Assembly: GCF_009914755.1 (NCBI RefSeq)
Contig: NC_060928.1
Strand: one strand, 5' to 3'
Origin: the human T2T-CHM13v2.0 reference genome, Homo sapiens
Length of the DNA: 64,000 bases
Shown: positions 58,410-64,000 of the stretch, in pieces
Layout of the letters: each line of letters starts with the position of its first letter
How positions within the stretch are numbered: the stretch's first letter is position 1
Notes under the pieces: generated by a model
What the model saw: the letters and a program-made list of their open reading frames with translations, nothing else
Told to the model about the DNA's origin: nothing
Databases searched by the model: none
Program-made: the position numbers and the translations under genes

Positions 58410-58778
58410 TAGCAAGTTCCTGCATGGCCTTGCTGATTAATGACATGGAGTAAGGCTAAATTTAGCTAGTGGTTCCTAGGAGGTCCCTGAGTCCTTGGGA
58501 CTGTAGTAATTATATTGATGTCACTGCCCTTGGTCAAGGTGTCAGGATAGGTAACCTGAAACTATGACTCTCTGTTCCCTGCCCATATTCTGTGATTAAA
58601 AAAGATAAACTTGCACACTGCTTGGCAACCAGAGTTAGGACTTTGTCCTGGGCTTTTAGAAGTTCTTCCTTCTTGCTTATGTCCTCTGAACCAAGAAAAT
58701 ACCAGTGTGGAAGCTCTCACTTGCCAAGGTTGGTGAACCCCACAAGGATCTGAGCCTTCACCTTAGCAGACTGGATGA

Positions 58779-59137
<359 letters not shown>

Positions 59138-62079
59138 TAGTAGTATTTTATCCATAGTCATGTCTTGTTTTCATCATTGAAATACTAAAGAGATAGAGGA
59201 GAGGGTAACAACAACAGCAACAACAAAAAGCTCTTCTCTCTCATTGTTCATGGAGATGCTGGCACCTACTGAGCAAGACGGTGGCATGCTAACTGCAGTC
59301 CATATTCACCCCTCTAAGCTTCATTCACAGAGATGACCTAGGAGTTGAGATTCCCCAGCCTGGCCTCTGGTGTTCCTCATTTCTGGCACACTCCTTTTGA
59401 TCTGGGGAGCACCATTAGCACAACTGAATGAGGGGATTGATCCCAGACACTTAGCTGGAGTTGCTATGTGTTAATCGGTTGTTCTAAGGTGGAAGACAGC
59501 TGCTTTGCCTTGAGAAAAGGCAATGAAGAATATCTCTCATTATTCTTAGAAAACCAGTATAGTTCACATTACAGGTGTCAAAAGACAGCTGAGATTGAAC
59601 AATCTGAACACACAGTTAAAATAAATTCCAAGTGGAAAAGAGGCTTCATTCGTGTGGGAAAAGATTGTAATTCTAAGTGAAGTGAAGAAACTTTAAAACC
59701 ATGGTAACCAAGAACTGTGCCGTCATGTGTGCCTGGTTTGCATTAATTGCAAATGTGCGCTCCCCAGGTCCTTAAAATACAGCTGACGTGCCCCCATGAG
59801 AGAGAAATGAAGGAAGAGGAAACAAGCACTGGGCTTGCGCAAGTGCAAGTATTTTATTATCTCAACCAAGATTAATATTTCTAGCATACATTTTTAACTA
59901 CAAGCTTTAGGTAGGTAACATCCTTTTAGATAAAAGTGAAGCCAGTCTCTAAACCAGGTCTTCTGATGACATGAAGTGGAAACATATAGATGTTGGGATC
60001 CTACCTCACAGTTCGAATCCCAATTCTGCCCACTAACTAGCATGTAGATAAGAGTATAAACATGAGGTAAAACATTCCAGCCGTGATAATACTTGGCTAA
60101 TTTTTATAAAGTTTACCTCTGCCACTCTGTGTAAACAAATGACTGGTAGCTTAATGATGTAAAGATTTTGAGAGAGGAGTAATGGGGAAAAGGACTAATT
60201 TACTAATTTACAGAGACAAGCTTAGGTTGTGTTAATTAAAAATACTTCTGTAGCATACTTTTATGCAAGCTGTTTTCCTTAGAAAGATGCTTTCTTTTTG
60301 CAACATAACTACTAATAAAGTTCAGGTTTTTAAAAAATAGCTGTGCTTCAGAAGAAATCAGAGTTATTTTGTGAATCACTTACTTTGGGCCTAGACAAAT
60401 AATAAAGTATAATGTGGTATACCTGGCTTTAAGAGACTTTCAGTCTAGAGAGTAGGCAGAATGTATTCTCATAAAGCCACTGGTATTACAGTGTATTTCA
60501 TATATCTATGTCTTATATGTATAATATGCATAACCACCCACAGCTACATATGGCAGTATCAGTTACATACTAAAACAAATTTACTAAATTGTCCCATACA
60601 AAATAAAACAGCAAATGTCTAGAAAAAGAGGACTCAAGATAGTGACTGTCATCGGGATGAGTTCCAAGAGAAGGTTGGACTTGAGAAGGATTTTGCATAA
60701 AAGGTGCATCCTTATTCCCAAAGCACTTCCATGGTCCCTGCTCCCCAAACTATCAAGCCCAAACACCATGATCCCTGGCTTTCAGAGTTTTTTTGATTTG
60801 GTCCTGAGTACTCAACCATTTACATGATCTCCTTAATTTCCATTACGCTTTCTTATATAGCCTGTGGTCCTCGTTTTGTCACTTAGTCAGTCCTGCAGCA
60901 TTTCAGTCTCCGAATCCATAAAATGAAGACACTGGCCTTTACAAAGATCTCAACAGCCCCCTTTGTTCATGCTAATTTACAAAGCATTTGATCTTCCCAG
61001 TAGCCCTATGAGGTGGAGAGGACAGGGATTAGCCCATTTTTTAGTTAAGAACACCAGTCAAGGTGCTCTGTCTTCAAGCCCAGTGCAAACCCTTCAAGCC
61101 CATAAATATTGGGTGTCTGCCCTCCTCTGAGGTGGTTCCTGCCTCGATCCTCCTTTGCTGTCTGTCCAAGTCCTGCCCCATCCATCAGAGAACAGCTTCA
61201 TTCCCAACTCTTTCCAAGACTGCTCCAGACTTTACAGGCCCACCCACCTTAGGCACCATTCCACCCACAGGCAGAAATACAGAGGCTGGCACTACTCACC
61301 TCTCTTACCTCCCTGCCTGCCTATCCCATCCAATCCTGCCCACCCCAGAATGGTTCCCGGGGCCTGACACTTGTCTCCGCCATGGAGTGGTGAAACCTCA
61401 GGGCCCCTGCCTATTGGGTCTCTACACACCACACTGTCCTGGCTTAAGGTGAGCCCATGGAGCTCATTCGGGAGAGGCTTGTAGGGTGGATTTGGGGTAA
61501 GAGGGAGGAGACGAGATGTGCTTCCCCTGGCATGGGGTGGAATGGAAAGAAGAATGGGCATGAAATCCAAGCAGACAAGGCCAGAAGACAAAGAGACTTC
61601 CAATAATGGTAAAATTAAGATCTACCTAGGTTGCAGTGTCTAAGAACTAAGGTTTTCTTTTCTCACTTTCTCTCCATCTCACAAACTACACCCCACTCCC
61701 ACTACCACCCCACTAGAAGCAAATTGCAGTTACCATGTACCCTGGGTTATTTAACACACTGAAATGAACAGCATTTGGCAGGATTCTGAGCAGTTATTTT
61801 GCACCACAGCACACACTAGAAACCAATGACCTGAACGATCTAAGGTTGCTGTTCTAGAACTGTTGTCTGCTTCTAACTAGCCCTCTTCCCAATTAATTTG
61901 AATTATTGAGCTTCATTCTTCCTTCACCAGTATGTACAAGAGGACCCAAGCCATCACACAGCCTAAGGCAGGCCCTGATTCCTGGGCAGCTAACAGAAAG
62001 CAGACAGAGGATGTACCAGAGCTGTAGGTTTTATTTAAAAGCAGTTGAGGATTTAGTACTAGAGCCCAGGGTGGCAGGA

Positions 62080-62320
62080 GAGCCTAGTGGGCAACACATG
62101 GACTCTCGAACCTGTGCTTGTATCCCAGTTCTTCTACTTAGCAGTTCTGTGGCTTTGGGTCCTTAGCATCTCTGTGACTCAGTTTCCCCAACTGTAAAAT
62201 GGAGATAACAAGAATACCTACTTTCTCATGAGGATTAAATGAACTGAAATAAGTGAAGCTCATAGAACAGTCCCTGGCACACAGTAAGTAACAGGAAAGT
62301 GTTAGTTGCTATTATTTTTG
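62080..62320 (+). mobile_element. MIR
   Basis: ctctgtgactcagtttccccaactgtaaaatggagataac...gaggattaaatga...cctggcacacagtaag. Confidence 0.85.
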
Positions 62321-63470
62321 TTGTCGTTGATTTCTCCTGCTATTACTGTTGTTCTTTGGAGGAAGGAGACATGATCTGATGCTCTTGCTGTGAGAATGAA
62401 GAGCCTAGCATAATAAATAGAGATTCGGCACACACAGAGTTCTAACTGTCAAGCCCTCGCCAGTCGCCCACTTCCCTCCTCCAGCACATCCACAGATACA
62501 TGCTTTTAAAGAGAAAGAATTCCTCTGAGACAAAATGTTCCTTTCCTCTTGGTGACCTTGACTGAAGGAGCTGCGGCACACCCTGAAGTGGCCACCTGCT
62601 CCTCTTCTCCAATTCTTACCTAATCTCTGGACCAGGAAGTGGAAAGAAAAGCGCAAGAATATTGAAAAACAGTCAAGAGGTTTGTTAAAGACTCTTCTCA
62701 AAATAGATCAGAGGCATGCACACATACTCAGGAACTTGGTCAAGTATTTACACGCACCTTCTAAATAAGCTGACTGGTGAATTTTCAAGGAGAATGTAGC
62801 TCAGGAGTCATCTATGGATAGCAGTGAGACACTCACCTCTTTTTCACCTCTGGAAACTTTCCACCATCACCTCCTCCACCCCCAGCTCTCTCAGAGTAAC
62901 AACAACTTCTTTAAAGAGCCCAGCAAAGTTATTTCTTCAGAGGTTGTTTGGGTTCATCCCATCATGTCCTAATATTTACATTTTGGATACAATTGGTGAA
63001 TATTAATATTTTTTCCAAAGAGCTCAAATAAAATGTTTATTTCATGTTTAAAGTGAAATAAAAAGAAAATCCCTCAATGAGAAGAGTCCCTAGAGGAACA
63101 TTTGAGGTTTGAGAATATTGCTAAGCCCAGGAATATAGAAGGACCCTTTTGGTCAAGTGAGAGGCAGGAGGCTTGGACATGAACAGAACCCCTTCTGAGT
63201 GTGTGATCAAGAAAAGGGGCCCATCTGTGTGGCGTGCGGGCCCATGGGGATGTGTGAGTGTGGGGAGAGAGACTCTTAAATGATGCCACAGTTGATTCCT
63301 GGACTGCCTCAGGGTATAGAACAGAGCTAAAGCAGGGAAAGGAATACCCCCAAAGGCAGCCTCCTTCCTCAGGGTTGTAGAGCAGTGGAGTAGTGGCCGA
63401 CAAGGCTGACCAGGAGTTTACTCTGGCTGCTTCCAGGATGTTATCTGACTCTATTTAGACAATTATTCCT

Positions 63471-63807
63471 TGGTATGGTTTGGCTGTGTGTCCCCACCCA
63501 AATCTTACCTTGAATTGTAATAATCCCCATGTGTCATGGGAGGGACCCAGTGGGAGGTAATGGAATCATGGGGGTGAGTTTTACCCATGCTGTTCTCGTG
63601 ATAGTGAAGATCTGATGGTTTTATAAAAAGAAGTTACCCTGCCCATGCTCTCTTGCCTGCCACCATGTAAGACATGCCTTTCACCTTCCACCATGATTGT
63701 GAGGCCTCCCCAGCCATGTGGAACTGTGAGTCCATTAAACCTTTTTTTATATATAAATTACCATCTTGAGTATGCCTTTGTTAGCAGCATGAGAATGGAC
63801 TAATTCA
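63471..63807 (+). mobile_element. THE1 (MaLR) solo LTR
   Basis: tggtatggtttggctgtgtgtccccacccaaatctt...gtgaggcctccccagccatgtggaactgtgagtccattaaacc...gactaattca; perfect 5-bp TSD ttcct. Confidence 0.93.
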
Positions 63808-64000
63808 TTCCTAAAAGAACTCTCCTCCAACTAACCACCTTGGTCACTGATGGGGACTTTCAAGTGCACAGTGAGAAGGGCAGGGGGCTGGGGAGGTGGG
63901 ATCATAGATGTAATCATAGGAGTAGGTACTCAGGTAAGAACTGGAGCAGGTGATTCCAAGGTGAATAGGTGGTGAGTCAGCTGTGTGGAAACTTTTTTAG

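Overview
Primate, almost certainly human, genomic DNA (Alu, L1, LTR, MIR and L2 landscape, including a human-lineage AluYb8). The only protein-coding sequence I can support is one 726-nt internal exon on the + strand (46564-47289). It encodes a Ser/Thr/Pro-rich mucin-like ectodomain that I recognise as PARM1 (prostate androgen-regulated mucin-like protein 1), most likely exon 2. The rest of the window is the flanking introns; the signal-peptide exon and the transmembrane/cytoplasmic exons were not found here. Most other ORFs in the track are repeat-derived or chance. I see no evidence of a new multi-gene system. The most notable observations are: a 338-bp, ~96%-identical local copy of part of a MER21 LTR pasted 2.6 kb away; a fold-back palindrome inside an Alu monomer; a degenerate ~44-bp minisatellite; a twin-primed L1; a young AluYb8; a candidate 15-nt frame-preserving microexon; and the fact that back-splicing of the symmetric PARM1 exon would give a stop-free circular ORF. 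Repeat subfamily names come from recalled consensus sequences, and boundaries of old repeats are approximate.
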